From the human T2T-CHM13v2.0 reference genome, Homo sapiens: a DNA stretch of 64,000 nucleotides. Below the pieces are notes generated by a model. It worked only from the letters and a program-made list of their open reading frames with translations, did no database searches and was not told where the DNA came from. The first letter of the stretch is position 1. Every line of letters begins with the position of its first letter. The position numbers and the translations under genes are program-made. The stretch lies in NCBI RefSeq assembly GCF_009914755.1, contig NC_060936.1; one strand, written 5' to 3'. This document shows positions 24,782 through 38,804 of the stretch, piece after piece.

Positions 24782-25074
24782 GAGGAAGACATCCATAGTA
24801 GATTAGACAAATGAGTTAAGCAAGGATGATGATAATCTCATAGTAGTGACAAAATTGGAAAATAGCAAAGATATGCATCAAAACACAAAAGTCCAAGTGG
24901 CAAAATAAGTCAATATGTATTGATGAAAACAGTATATGTGTTGTGTCTGTGTCACCACAATGGTATCAGTAAGGGGTTGTAGGCAAGAGTGGGTCAGGCC
25001 AGATTCAGATGGCACAACTAAACTTGTTGCATGGTATGTAAGAGCAAAGAGGACCCAACCTGGGACCAGTTAGT

Positions 25075-25490
25075 GTATGTTTGTTATTTATTGCTGTGTG
25101 ACGAGCCGTACCAAAACTCGGTGGCTTAACATAATAACCATTTCATGTGTTCATTATTTTGCAAGCTGGGCTAGGCTTAGCCGGATGGTCTTCTGCCAGT
25201 CTTGCCAGTGGTGATTTGTGTGGCCATACTCAGAGGGCAGAATGTCTGGAATCTGGGCCCAGCTAGGGAAGCTGGACTTTTATCTGTCTTCATCTAGTCT
25301 CAGGGCAAGAGGGAAAGCTGTCAGCCTTTCTTAAGGTTTAGGCTGAGAACCGACACGGAGTCACTTCTGCTACATCTTCTTGCCTGCGAGTCACAGCGCC
25401 AGTGAAGATTCCAGGAAAGCAGACTATACAAGGATGTACATATAACAAGGTGTGGTTCATTGGGGGTTACCAATGGGACAGACTGTGACA
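25075..25490 (-). mobile_element. MLT1G/H-like MaLR LTR
   Basis: TATTGCTGTGTGAC...CCAAAACTCGGTGGCTTAAC...GTCACTTCTGCTACAT...GTGTGGTTCATTGGGGG. Confidence 0.7.
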
Positions 25491-25844
25491 GCATACAAAA
25501 CAAGTAATGTGAGCACTGGAAATGCAGGACTGTGAGGAGGGAACTCGGAGAATGGGTAAACAAGATTAAAGTCACGGACAGAGGGGCAATTCCTAATGTC
25601 TAAGGATTTCCTAAACAGGAGGAAATGTGACAAAGAAATCTCATTAGGGAAATTAAAATTTTTGTCCAGAGTGTGAGCTGGGTGTGAGAGAACAGCCAAG
25701 AGATGGAGCTGAAACTGAGTAGAATGGGAACATAGCTTGAGATTCAGCATAGACAGGCAGGTCCACAAAACAGAATAGTTAGTAATGATTGCTGGACCTT
25801 TAAAATAAATAACAGCAGAAGATATTATCTTTACTGAAAGCCTA

Positions 25845-26251
25845 TGCTATAGTTTGGATATCTGTCCCCTCCAGACCTCATGTTGAAATTTGATCTCTAA
25901 TGTTGGTGATGGGACCTAGCAGGAAGTCTTTGGGTCATGGGGGCAGATCTCTGATGAATGGTTTGATGCCATTCTCGTGGTAGGAAGTTATTGCTCCTGA
26001 GAGAGTGGCAGTTAAAAAGAACCTGGCACCTCCCACCCCTTGTGCTTTCTTTCTTGCTATGTGATCTCTGCACACGCCAGCTCCCCTTCACCTTTGGCGG
26101 TGAGTGGAAGCAGCCTGAGGCCCTCACCAAGAAGCAGATGCTGGCACCATGCTTCTTGTGCAGCCTACGGAACTCTGAGCCAGATGAACCTCTTTTCTTT
26201 ATAAATTACCCAGTCTCAGGTATTTCCTTATAGCACCACAAAACTAACACA
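25845..26251 (+). mobile_element. MSTB1-like MaLR solo LTR
   Basis: TGCTATAGTTTGGATATCTGTCCCC...AAACTAACACA; TSD GCCTA / GCCTC. Confidence 0.92.
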
Positions 26252-26429
26252 GCCTCGAGAGTGAATATCGTTGCCAGAAAATAAAAGTGTTGACTTAATC
26301 TGGTGGGCAATAGATATAAGCCAAGCTATGAAGGTTCACATACATTATCATTAAAGCCACATCACTTGAAACTGGCTAATTCTTTATAATAAATATACAA
26401 TAAAGCATTAAAAAAAATCCCCCAAATCC

Positions 26430-26610
26430 CTTCAAGTCACAAGTTAGTTTCCTTATCTATAAATAGGGATAATAATTTTTGCATGAGGGGATTGTTATTT
26501 ATTGTAGATATTAGATTGTAATGTTGCACATTGTAGCTAGTACACTATTTGTTAAAAGTTCTAATACAGTGCTTGTCATGTATTAAGGCCTTAATAAATG
26601 GTAGTTATTA
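26430..26610 (+). mobile_element. MIR 3' half
   Basis: AGTTTCCTTATCTATAAATAGGGATAATAAT...TAATAAATGGTAGTTATTA. Confidence 0.6.
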
Positions 26611-28249
26611 GTACGTCTGAATACCTTCACTGAGGTAGTGAAATGTAAGGCATCTGAGTATGCACAAGGTATTTCAAAAGTAAACAAGAAAATTTCCCAT
26701 AACCAAGATAAATGGGTGGAGGGACAAGTCATACTGACCACTAAAGCAGCCTGATAAAAACAGTAAGATGTCCTATGAAGTATAGCATTAATTTTCTTAT
26801 GTGCTTTCTAAACTGCTAGTTATATCAGTGGATCATTATCTGAATAATTATCCTAATGTTTAAAACCTCAATTTACTGTATAGATAGGGAAGCAACAAAA
26901 CAAAACAGTTACTAGCAGAGCCCTGTTATGGAGGTCTACCTTTTGGTCTGCCCAGCTAGCCTCACTCAATCTGCACTCAAGAGGGAAAATAGCATTTTGA
27001 GACTGGACTAGAGATGGGCCATAAAGTGATTTATTTTTCCATTTGCTTTTAAGAAAAAGGAGATGAGAGTATAATGTAGAGTAATGGCTGCATATTATAG
27101 TTGTGGATGGAGAAAATATAATAACATGCTACTTTAGCACAAAAAACCCTCTGATTCCTTATTATTATTCTGAAATCCATGAACATGTATATAGAAATGT
27201 TCTAATTAAATGAAAGCCCTATTTTGTGGGGCTATTTATTGAAGAGACCTTGTAAAACCATTTGTATAAGACCAGGTCTCCATGTTGGTTAAAATTGACT
27301 TGGTTGGGCCACAAAGAAGAAAATAAATGCAACACTTTCCTCTTGAGGTGTTTCGGGAAATTTAGAAATATGGCTGTAACTGTAATACCAAAAGCATTTC
27401 AGGTTTGTAACCAAGGCAACTCTTCTTTCTGTGCTTTCAAGCTTTCCTGTTGATTGTCTATTGTAATGCCAATAATTGCAGCTGAGAGGAGTCTCTGTTT
27501 GTTATGAGAGACAATTAGCACTTGAAATAAAATAACATGTTTAAATAAATTGGGGGACTCACCAGTGTGACCTGATCTCTTAGGAGCAAGCAACAGCTTT
27601 GGAATATAAGTGATTCCTATGTTTGCAGCAGCCTCCAGAGTGAGGGAGTCATCATCCAACATTACTTGAGGTCTTATTGGTGATTACTCTAGTTGTTATG
27701 GTTGAAAACCATTTGTTTCTTCTTAGATTATATTGGAAAATAGCTTAATAAATCCTAACCTGCAAGAAGGTGATACTGAATTTTCGGTTGATAGGCTTAT
27801 TCAAACAACTTGTCTCTACATGTAATGCTTCATTAAATATATTTCCTTCAATTATTGTCATAATTACTCGTCACTGTTATAAAAACTGTATTTCAGATTG
27901 CTATTTATTTTAATTCAGATGTGAATGCAAAGTGTGCAACTCCTAATCTACATATCTTTACCTCGCCTGCAATTTTTGCTTTCAAAATGAAAGTCATCGT
28001 TCGTGTTATGACCATTACTGAAATCATTGCATAGCACAGACTCTCACAATCGCCGTTAATTAACCTGTGGACCCATGACTCTTAAGAAAAGTTTTTCCTA
28101 AGTCTCAATAAATCTTTAGTGTTCGAAGCACAAATAAGTTTTCCCTGACTCAACTATAGTTTTTTCAGTTTAATTTATTATTAGTATAATCACTCTGGCC
28201 TCGTGTTTTCATGTGACGGGATTTCTATTCGATTAATACTCCTCCCCTC

Positions 28250-28630
<381 letters not shown>

Positions 28631-29974
28631 CTAAATTTCTTTTTCAGGGTGAATATGTCCACAGGGTTCATGCCTTCTTGTCAGCCCTCTGACACACATT
28701 AAGGGTTCTGTTTCTAGAGACAATGCCCTGCAGCTGTCAGGCTACACTGGAGAGGAAACACGTTTCTTAAATTCCATGATAAAGGCAGATTTAGAGTCAC
28801 ATTCTCCGATCAGCTTTAACAGTTATAAAGCTGTTGGTTTGATCTCCATCTGTCTATCTTTTCTGTCTCTAATTTGGTTCTGAATTCAACTGGGAAAAAG
28901 GAATGTTATTTATTGGCCATTCCCAAACACCTAACATATGTTTTCCATATCAAATGTAGTTGATGAATATTAACTAATGACAAAGTAATAGGTGAATTCC
29001 ATGAGGACAGAGCCCTGGCTTATCTCGTTCACTGCTATTTCTCTAGAACATAAACTTTGCTTAAAAATTGTGTTGAATGGCTGAAGTTACAGCTTCTCTA
29101 GTTCAGATCACAAATATTCTCACTCATTTCAGAATAAAGCATTTGGAGTATTTCAAATTTTTGCAACACCCAAACGATGAATGAAAGATAATCTCAGTGT
29201 GAATGAAAGGATAGGAACCACTGCAGATTCACTGAATTATTCACATCAGAGATTTACAGGGTGATGTGCCACAGATTGGAATTTAGGCTTTTCTAAGGCT
29301 TATTCTCTGTTCCAGGACCACAGTACTGGGGAATCTCAAAGGATGGAAAAGGAATATACTGACATAGGCCAGTGGTAACATCCGAAGGAACAGGGAAAGT
29401 ATTTGAGGCTGTGAAAGGTGGATTACAAAGTAGATATTGAGCTGTCACAATATTGGATAGGAAATAAGCAGTGATGTCTCTGAACCACTGCTTCCAACAG
29501 CAGACTGACAGAGAGTATCATGGCAGGGGACACTGGGAAATAATGTGTCCAAAACAGGAAGCTGTTTTGGTGGCCAATTAATGTGGACTTTAAAATCTTT
29601 ACTTTGATCCTATCAAAGAGGTAAAGACACTGTAAATGGCAAAGAGAGCTCTAGCAGGACAGACTGCTCTGAGCCAAAAAACAAATGAGGAAGGCAAACA
29701 CCTTGAACTCTACACATTGGAGGGGAGGAAAGTCACAAGGAAACTTACAAAAGGGGCACCTAAAGTCAACTGGGCATTTGTAAATGAAAAGACCAATACT
29801 TTATCCCAGAGACCTGAAAAACAAACAATAAAGACCATCCTAGAGCTCAAGAGTGTAGAATATCTGGGATAACAGACAGACAAGTATCGAGACCAGGACA
29901 AAACAGAGATAAGCTATTCGTTTCCTCACACAGGCTCAAGTTTCCAAAAAGGACTTGGTTAAAAAAAATAGTAA

Positions 29975-30135
29975 TTGGGCGTGGTGGCACATGCCTGCAG
30001 TCCCAAATACTCAGGAGGCCATGGTGGGAGGATTGCTTGAGCCCAGGAGTTCGAGGTTGCAGTGAACTATAATTGCGCCACTGCACTGCAGCCTGGGTGA
30101 CAGAGCAAGGCCTTGTCTCACAAAAGCAAACAAAG
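29975..30135 (+). mobile_element. Alu monomer (FRAM/FAM-like)
   Basis: GGCGTGGTGGCACATGCCTGCAGTCCC...GGATTGCTTGAGCCCAGGAGTTCGAGGTTGCAGTGA...CAGCCTGGGTGACAGAGC. Confidence 0.85.
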
Positions 30136-30424
30136 AGGAATTGGTATGTGATCACCACGGTATAGTGTTTATAATTTGTTGTCTGCCATTAGGTCTAAGA
30201 ACAGCATAATGTACGTAGCTCTTGTTACTCTGTATGATTTCAGGCATTCCCCCAGAAATCGCTTAATGAAGTCCTGAAGCTACATCATTCCTTTGGGTAC
30301 TGTTACATGTAGGACTTGACGATTAGTGTTAACATTATTATGGTGCCTAGCATGGGTCAGAGAAGCCAAACAGAATTGCATAATTCTGTCTTAATAAGGC
30401 ATAATATTTGTGTAGCAGAGTTCC

Positions 30425-30770
30425 TGAGGTGCTGGAGTAGTGCCTAAATGCAGGTTTGGAGTTGGAATGCCTGGGTTTGAACTCTGCACAGCCACTTAGG
30501 TAGCTAGTGTAAAAGCTTGGCCCAGTTACTCATAATTTTCAGCCTAAGTTTCTTCATTTGTATAAATGTGCAAATGGGGATTATAATAGTACTTACGACA
30601 TACAGCTGTAGTAAGATTTCAATAAGATGAGTCACATTCATGAAATATTTATATTAAATGAATTGATTATTCACTTATATAAATTTTATTAGTTTTTCAA
30701 AATAGGTAGTATGCATAAAGCCCTTTGCACAGTGACTGACATGATCGAGTTCATACAAATTGTAAGATAT
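30425..30770 (+). mobile_element. MIR
   Basis: TTTGGAGTTGGAATGCCTGGGTTTGAA...AATGGGGATTATAATAGTACTTAC...GCACAGTGACTGACA. Confidence 0.7.
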
Positions 30771-30772
30771 TA

Positions 30773-31174
<402 letters not shown>

Positions 31175-33232
31175 CTAGCCACATTTTATATTTCATGTTA
31201 TCTCACCTTCTAAAAGTTGATAATTTTCTTTCTCTCTGCAATATTACTATTTTTTTCTTCCAAAAAACATGGACAGTATAAGATTGGGCTACCTCTCCTA
31301 TCATCCTCCCCTTCCCTGCAGGAATTTTAGTGCTAAGTGAGTTGGTGGGGTAATCAGGAAGCCCTTGATCCCTGGTATTTCTATCCTGGTGTTGTTTAAG
31401 GGCCCTCATTCCCATTGCTTAGTTGATCCCCTTTTCCTTCCCTTGTTCCCTTCTTCACAAATTTCCAGGCCCCTATTATATAAACTGCATAGAGCTAGAA
31501 GCTGTGAAAAATCCCAGAAATGCACATGTGTATGTGCACACGTGCACACACATACACACACACACACACACTCCATGTTGTCAAGTATTTAAAATCATTG
31601 GAGGAGATAAGGCATAAAACTTAAGTGTAGTATTTTAATGGCAGTACAAGACCCTATAGTAAGATATGTACCAGGCTGCTTAAGATATGCGATCAATGAT
31701 TGTCCTTACCAACTTAGCCTATCACATTGTCAATCTCTGTTGTGAATAATTTAGGAGTTTTGGTTTTGTCTTTCACATAGAGATAGCTTTACGAGATAGC
31801 TTTACTCTCTGGATTGTGTAGATGTAGAAATCACCCAATTCCAAAATTGCTAGATGAACTTAATAACTTGACCAAGGATGAGTTAGTGATACAAATGACT
31901 ACATAAGATAAATTCAGTATCAGTAACATATTTGGAATTTGACTCAATTATGGATTAGAGGGACTCTCAAAAATCATCACCAAATTTCTATTAGATGTGT
32001 ATGAGCATAAAATGTGAAAAGAAAATTTGCTGACTAAAGATATGTAGAAGATTATTCTGAATAGTGATGTTTTGATAATAAGGAGTGAATCTATTTCGGA
32101 ACATATAATGAAACATTGACACTTATATAGAAGGGGAAACGCGGAAAGCAGTAAGGCTAAGTGTACTGGGGTGATAACCAGCAACAAATTCAGATGAGCA
32201 TGTAACATAAGGGGTGCAGAAAAAAAAGGCAAAATGACTTTAGGTAGAAGACTAAGCAAAGAAATCACATGACAGGCCAAGAAGAACACAGGTCAGTCTG
32301 TTTATGTCTCTTTGATGAAAACACTTCTGGAAAGTACACCTGATCTCAGGATTTCGGTGCAATGAAGACATTGAAAAACAAAGGAGATTCAAGCATGAAA
32401 GCACAAGTTAACATAAAGACCTGCCAGATTGATTTATGAGGCATGAATGGCACAACCACCACCTAAATATACGCATATATGTGGGTATCTCTTGCAGAAA
32501 CCCAGTGATTATTAAGATAACTAGTTTTCTTTGTACTTGTGTTGGGAGGGACAAGTGTTTATTCGCTTAAGTAAGATCCTATGCCTTGAAGAGAAGATTA
32601 TTTTGTCATCAGGCAGATCCTATAAATAAAACAAAAATACATGTAATTCTAATGCAGTTGTCAAATTCAAGCTCATTTATAATAAACTGAGGAGACTGTA
32701 GTTCTAAAAACAAATGGTTATAGTGGCAATATGGTGATAATAGAAATGAAATATAACCTTAGCTGATAAATAACTATAGTTTTTGCTGGACTTATTCTTG
32801 GCCAATAGCCCAAGTTAAGGGCTTGAAATTTTTAATAAATGTATTACTATCTTAAATGGAGAGTTGACTAATAACCTTCGGAGAAGAAAGGTAATAGAAT
32901 AGAAAAGCGAAATTAAAAAAAAATAGCTAAAGGGTGAGATGTGTCCATCCAGTGACATTGTTTCTTAGAAAAGGTGAGATCTTGAACTAATTTATCATTG
33001 GGAAGGTGCTTAAAATTACTTTTTTTACTTCAAAAAATATAACTGCTCATTATAAGCCACAAGTTACTGAAATTGTTATATGAATATATAAAGGAAATAT
33101 GAATATTTTAAATATAGGATAAAAATAGTCCTTGCTAGAGATACTATTGACTCAAAAGGCTGACTATGCCTATATAAACGTTATGTAAGAAATAGCTTTA
33201 AACTCCTTAATGTCATCAACTGACATATTGGC

Positions 33233-33361
33233 TTTTTTTTTTTTTTTTCTTGGTAGAGACAGGGTTTCGTTCGGTTGGCCAGGCTGGTCTTCAACTCCTG
33301 GTCTCAAGTGATCTGTGCACCTCAGTGCTGGGATTACAGGCATGAGCCACTATGCCCAGCT
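33233..33361 (-). mobile_element. FLAM_C / left Alu monomer
   Basis: Poly-T then GTAGAGACAGGGTTTC...GCCAGGCTGGTCTT...GCTGGGATTACAGGCATGAGCCAC. Confidence 0.85.
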
Positions 33362-34106
33362 GGCATTTTATTGTGAACCTCAAAAAAAGTCAACAGTAAA
33401 TGTGAAGAATTTTGGAATATATATGTCTCATAAGTGATTGCTTTTTGTTTATAAATGTGCTTTAGAATACACTCAACATGAATTATTTTCTACTTGAAAA
33501 TAATTGCCTTTAAGTGGTATAAAGAAAAGTGATAGGCAAACACACAACTTATAAAACTTTTAATGATTGTGGTTCCACATATATTTATGCTTGAGTTTAT
33601 GGGAAGTGTTTTGAAATTCATGCAGAACACTGAAAAAAAGTTATAGGACACATGTTCAAATTGAGGTCATCCAAGTTATAAATCAAAACATAAATGTATT
33701 TCACAGTACATTTAGTTCCAACATAGTTCATAAAATAACCTGTTTACTTGTTGAAGCAAAGCATATAAATTTTTAAAATTTATTTTCGTCAGAATTAACG
33801 TTTTTTGGAAAAGCCAAAATTAGCTGTGGTATATCGCTCTTCTGTGCAAAAACCTTTGATTGCCCAGCATTGTTTACTGAATCAAATTCATAATTTTCAG
33901 CTTATAGGCAACTCAATTATCTTCTTCACAGTATAGGTGATTCAATCTGCTTTTCCTATTTCAGCAATTCATGGCTTATAACTTAATAGTTGGTCACTTA
34001 TTTTTGAAGTGAACTGGATAATTTCAGGCACCTTTCTAATCATATTGAAATTATTTCAAGTTCTCTTACCTTATCTTAGACTATATCTCATGTGTTTCTT
34101 TTGAAT

Positions 34107-34534
34107 TAGTTGTTGTAAATTCAAATGCCTACCGAGGCCACATAAGTAATGCAAATGGGTGCAGTGGGTCTGGAGGGGACCTAGGCCGGTGGTAAAGTCC
34201 TAAGGAATACAAGGACATGAGAGGAGAGGTCACACCCTGTGTTAGAGGTCAGCCTCTACACAGCCCCAATCGTTCACATGTAATAATGCCCCTGGTTGTT
34301 AGATCATCTGACTTTTTAAGAGGAGTCCTAAATCTAACTCTTATGTAAAATCTTCCAACTTTTTAATGTTGGCAATACATTTAAATAAAGCAAAAACAAA
34401 ATCAAAAAACAAAACAAAACAACAACAACAAAAAACAAAAATCCCCAAAAAACAAAAAAACTGTGTAGACCAAGAAAGAAAACAAAAAGTTACCAGGCTG
34501 AATATCATCCATGGACTCCCAATTTTAACCTCTG
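34107..34534. mobile_element. MER102-type hAT-Charlie element with internal (CAAAA)n expansion
   Basis: AATTCAAATGCCTACCGAGGCCA...AGATCATCTGACTTTTTAAGAG...TTTTAATGTTGGCAA...TTTAACCTCTG. Confidence 0.7.
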
Positions 34535-34569
34535 TGGCAAACTATACATCAACTAACCCCTCCCCGCTG

Positions 34570-36870
34570 CCCAATGACGTAATCACCTCCCACAAGGTCC
34601 CTCCCGCAACATGTGAGGAGTACAATTTGGATTACAATTCAACATGAGATTTGGGTGAGAACACAGAGCCAGACCATATCATTCTGCCCTTGGCTCCTCC
34701 AAAATCTCATCTTTCTCACATTTCAAAACACAATTATGCCTTCCCAACTGTTCCCCCAAAGTCATAACTCATTTCAGCTTTAACCCAAAAGTCCAAGTCC
34801 AAAGACTCATCTGAGACAAGGTAAGTCCCTTCTGCCTATGAACCTGTAAAATCAAAAGGAAGTTAGTTACTTCACAGATACAGTGAGGGTACAGGCATTG
34901 GGTAAATACACCCATTCCAAATGGGAGAAATTGGCCAAAGCAAAGGGGCTACAGGCCCCATGTAAATCTGAAATCCCACAGGGCAGTAATTAAACCTTAA
35001 AGTTCCAAAATGATCTTTGACTTCATGTCTCACATCCAGGTTGCACTGATGCAAGACGTTGGCTCACATGGCCTTGGGCAGCTCTGCCCCTGTGACTTTG
35101 CAGGGTACAGCCCCCCTCCTGTCTGCTTTCATGGGCTGGCATCGAGTGTCTTCAGCTTTTCTGGGTGCATAGTGCAATCTGTCAGTGGGTCTACCATTCT
35201 GGGGTCTGGAGGACAGTGGCCCTCTTTTCATGGCTCCACTTAGTAGTGCTCCAGTGGGAACTCTTTGTGGCAGGCTCCAACTCCACATTTCCCTTCCACG
35301 CTGCCCCAGCAGAGGTTCTCCATGAGGGCTCTGCCCCTGCAGCAAACTTCTGCCTGGACATTCAGGCATTTCCATACATCCTCTGAAAACTAGGTGGAGG
35401 TTCTCAAACCTCAGTTCTTGACTTCTGTTCACCCACAGGCTCAACACAACGTGGAAGCTGCCAAGGCTTGGGTCTTGCACCCTCTGAAGCAATGGCCCGA
35501 GCTGTACCTTGGCCCCTTTTAGCCATGGCTGGAGCTGAATCTACTGGGACACAGGACACCATGTCCTGAAGTTGCACAGAGCAGGGGGGACCTGGGCACA
35601 GTCCAGGAAACCATTTTTCCTTCCTACGCCTCTGGGCCTGTGATGGGAGAGGCTGCTGTGAAGGTGCCCTGGAGACATTTTCTCCATAGTCTTGTTGGTT
35701 AACATTTGGCTCCTTGTTACTTATGCAAATTTCTGCAGTGGGCTTGAACTTCCCCCGAGAAAATAGGTTTTCTTTTGTATGGCATCATCAGGCTGCAAAT
35801 TTTCCAAACTATGCTCTGCTTCCTCTTGAACACTTTGCCACTTAGAAATTTCTTCTGCCAGATACCTTAAATCATCCCTCTCAAGGTCTAAGTTCCACAG
35901 ATCTCTAGAGTAGGGGCAAAATCCTGCCAGTCTCTTTGCTAAAGCATAGCAAGAGTGCCCTTTACTCCAGTTTCCAACAAGTTCCTCATCTCCATCTGAG
36001 ACCACCTCAGCCTGGACTTCATTGTCCATATAACTATCAGCATTTTGGTCAAAGCCATTCAACAAGTCTCTAGGAAGTTCCAAGCTTTCCCACATTTTCC
36101 TGTCTTCCCCTGAGCCCTCCAAACTGTTCCAACCTCAGTCTGTTACCCAGTTCCAAAGTCACTTCCACATTTTCAGGTATCTTTACAGCTGCACCCCACT
36201 ATCTCAGTATGAATTTACCATATTAGTCCATTCTCACACTACTATAAAGAACTGCCCAACATGTATATACCTATGTAACAAACCTGCATGTTCTGCACAG
36301 ATATCCCAGAATTTAAAGTGTATATATATATATATATTCATATTTATATTCATATGTATTCATTCATATATATATTCATATATATTCATACATATTCATA
36401 TATATTCACATATATTCATATATATTCATATATATACTCATATATACACATATATTATATATGACTATATATGACTATATAGTCATATATAGTCATATTC
36501 ATATATATGTGAATATGTGAATATATATATTCACATATATATATATATATGAACTGCCCGAGACTGGCTAATTTATAAAGGAAAGAGGTTTAATTGACTC
36601 ACAGTTCTGCATGGCTGGTGAGGCCTCAGGAAACTTACAATCATGGTGGAAGGGGAAGCAAATATGTCCTTCTTCACATGGTGGCAGGAGAGAGAAGTGC
36701 AGAGCAAAGGTGGGAGAAGCCCCTTATAAAACCATCAGATCTCATAATAACTCACTATCATGAGAAGTGTATGGGGGAACTGCCCATGAGGTTCCTCTTC
36801 GAACATGTGAGGATTATGATTTGGATTACAATTCGAGATTTGCGTGGGGACATACAGCCAGACCATATCA
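34570..36870 (-). mobile_element. THE1D-like MaLR provirus: truncated LTR (~34570-34681), internal region (34682-36218), LTR (36219-36870)
   Basis: Both LTRs end ACCATATCA on the + strand. Internal ORF remnant 35721-36122 (SLELPRDLLNGFDQNADS) is the typical MaLR internal ORF. Confidence 0.92.
36258..36550 (+). mobile_element. Extremely 5'-truncated L1PA 3' end (~60 bp) with AT-rich tail, inserted in the THE1 LTR
   Basis: CCTATGTAACAAACCTGCATGTTCTGCACAGATATCCCAGAATTTAAAGT is the L1PA 3' terminus; TSD GAACTGCCC at 36249-36257 and 36551-36559. Confidence 0.9.
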
Positions 36871-37165
36871 GTGATAGTATTAGGAGGTGGAGTCTTTGGA
36901 GGAGATTAGAGCATGAGAGTGGAGGCTTCATGAATAGGATTAGGGTCCCTACAAAAGAGATCCCAGAGAGCCTCCTCACATCTTTCATCCATGAGGTTAT
37001 GTGAGAAGATGGCTGTCTATGAGGAAGAGGTCTTCATCAGACACCGCATCTCCTGATGTCTTGATTTTGGACTTTCCAGCCTCTAGAACTGGAATAAATA
37101 AATTTCCATTGTTTCTAAGGCACCCAGTCTATAGTATTTTTGTAGCAGTCTGAACAGACTAAGAC
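36871..37165 (+). mobile_element. MLT1A-type MaLR LTR lacking its 5' end
   Basis: GTGATAGTATTAGGAGGTGGAGTCTTTGG...TTGGACTTTCCAGCCTCTAGAACTG...ACAGACTAAGACA. Confidence 0.88.
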
Positions 37166-37337
37166 ATGTTGCTTTATGAAATCTCCCTTGTCTTTCTCCA
37201 GGTCTCTGCTTTTTTTTGAATCCAGGTAATACTAAATCCTTTCCAAACTAAATTCTTCCTTGTATCATATTCATTTTTATGGATGTTTTATTCTTATTGC
37301 TAAAGTTGTGAACTCCCTGAAAGCAGAGATTATTTTA

Positions 37338-37386
37338 CTATTCCTGACACCTAGGCACTCAGTAAATGCCTAGGTGTCAGGTATAG
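37338..37386. repeat. Inverted repeat (15-bp perfect arms, 9-nt loop) in an L2 3' end
   Basis: CCTGACACCTAGGCA (37343-37357) / TGCCTAGGTGTCAGG (37367-37381); 20 bp with one mismatch. Confidence 0.93.
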
Positions 37387-38029
37387 AATTTAATTGAATT
37401 AGATACATAGGGTATCACTTAACAGATGCCTCATCAGCAGTATTTTTCACTGAGACTTTTGTTTGAGCTGGACAATATAGAGTTAATATTTGCAAGGCTA
37501 AAGTCTAATGAAAAAATCAGTTAAATCATGTTTTCTTAACAGATGGTGCATCTGTGTTTCCTAATGCAATGTTCTGACTGTGTAGAGTTGTCATAATTAA
37601 GTAATAGTTGCATGCAAAATCTTCCATAACTGAAGACTCTTACTTATATGTAGACTCTAAGTATGTTCCAAGCTTGATCCATACTGTTCCTGAATTTGAT
37701 TCAGCACAGACTCTTTCTGGATGGCATTCCTCCCTTGACTCCAAATAATTGCTGAAGTCTTTCTTGGTTTCAGTTTGAGAGAACAGACAGTTTAGAGTGT
37801 ATTAGGCCTCTATGATTACTTCAGAAATAACCCTGTGACCAGCACACAGAATTTTCTGGCTTTCTGGTTACTCACAGCTTGGTCTAATGCTTGAGTTAGT
37901 ATCATGGGAGACTCAATGGGGCTAGATGAGTGTTGATATATTGCACTCTGCTGACCAATAACTGTATCTATAGAAATTGTTATCACTTACATTTCTTTCT
38001 GTTTGATCTGTATACTGTGCATTGCTTAC

Positions 38030-38220
38030 TAGACAGCTGGGTATGTGGTGGAAAGAGCACTGAAACTGAAATCAAGATATCAGCTGTTTGATGTAGCAGA
38101 GGAGTTACCTGAGCAACTCAAGTATGACTTTCTCATGTGTAAGATAAGAAAATGATTATTACTATCTCTTAGGGTAATCTTCATTTCAGGATTAAATGAA
38201 ATAGTATTTGTGAAAACGTT
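38030..38220 (+). mobile_element. MIR
   Basis: GTGGTGGAAAGAGCACTG...AGGATTAAATGAAATAGTATTTGTGAAAACGTTTG. Confidence 0.65.
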
Positions 38221-38236
38221 TGTGAGCCTGCTTTCT

Positions 38237-38533
<297 letters not shown>

Positions 38534-38627
38534 TGTGAGCCTGCTTTCTAGGTGTTCACTATTGTTTATTTAAGTAACTTACATACTTGTTTCTTTTGTG
38601 GTAGATAGCTAATCTCTTGGGAAGCCT

Positions 38628-38804
38628 TAGAGGTCAGCAAACTATGGTTGGACCAAATCCAGCCTAATTCATTGATTTACATATTATCTATGGCTGGTTG
38701 ACTCAAAGATGGCAGAACTGAATATTTTGACAGAGACCCTATGTCTTGCACAGTCAGAAATATTTAATATCTAGCTTTTTACAGAAGAAGCTTGCTGACT
38801 CTTG
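38628..38804. mobile_element. MER58A-type hAT-Charlie element
   Basis: TIRs AGAGGTCAGCAAACT / AGCTTGCTGACTCTTG; internal TTTACATATTATCTATGGCTG...GACAGAGACC. Confidence 0.85.

Noticed and set aside
27962-28017. Possible further upstream minus-strand exon (donor GAG|GTAAAG)
   Set aside because: Mediocre acceptor, and its open frames are not phase-compatible with candidate exon A; better explained as non-coding.
34872-36122. 133-142 aa ORFs
   Set aside because: Fragmented MaLR internal ORF of the THE1 provirus, not a host gene.
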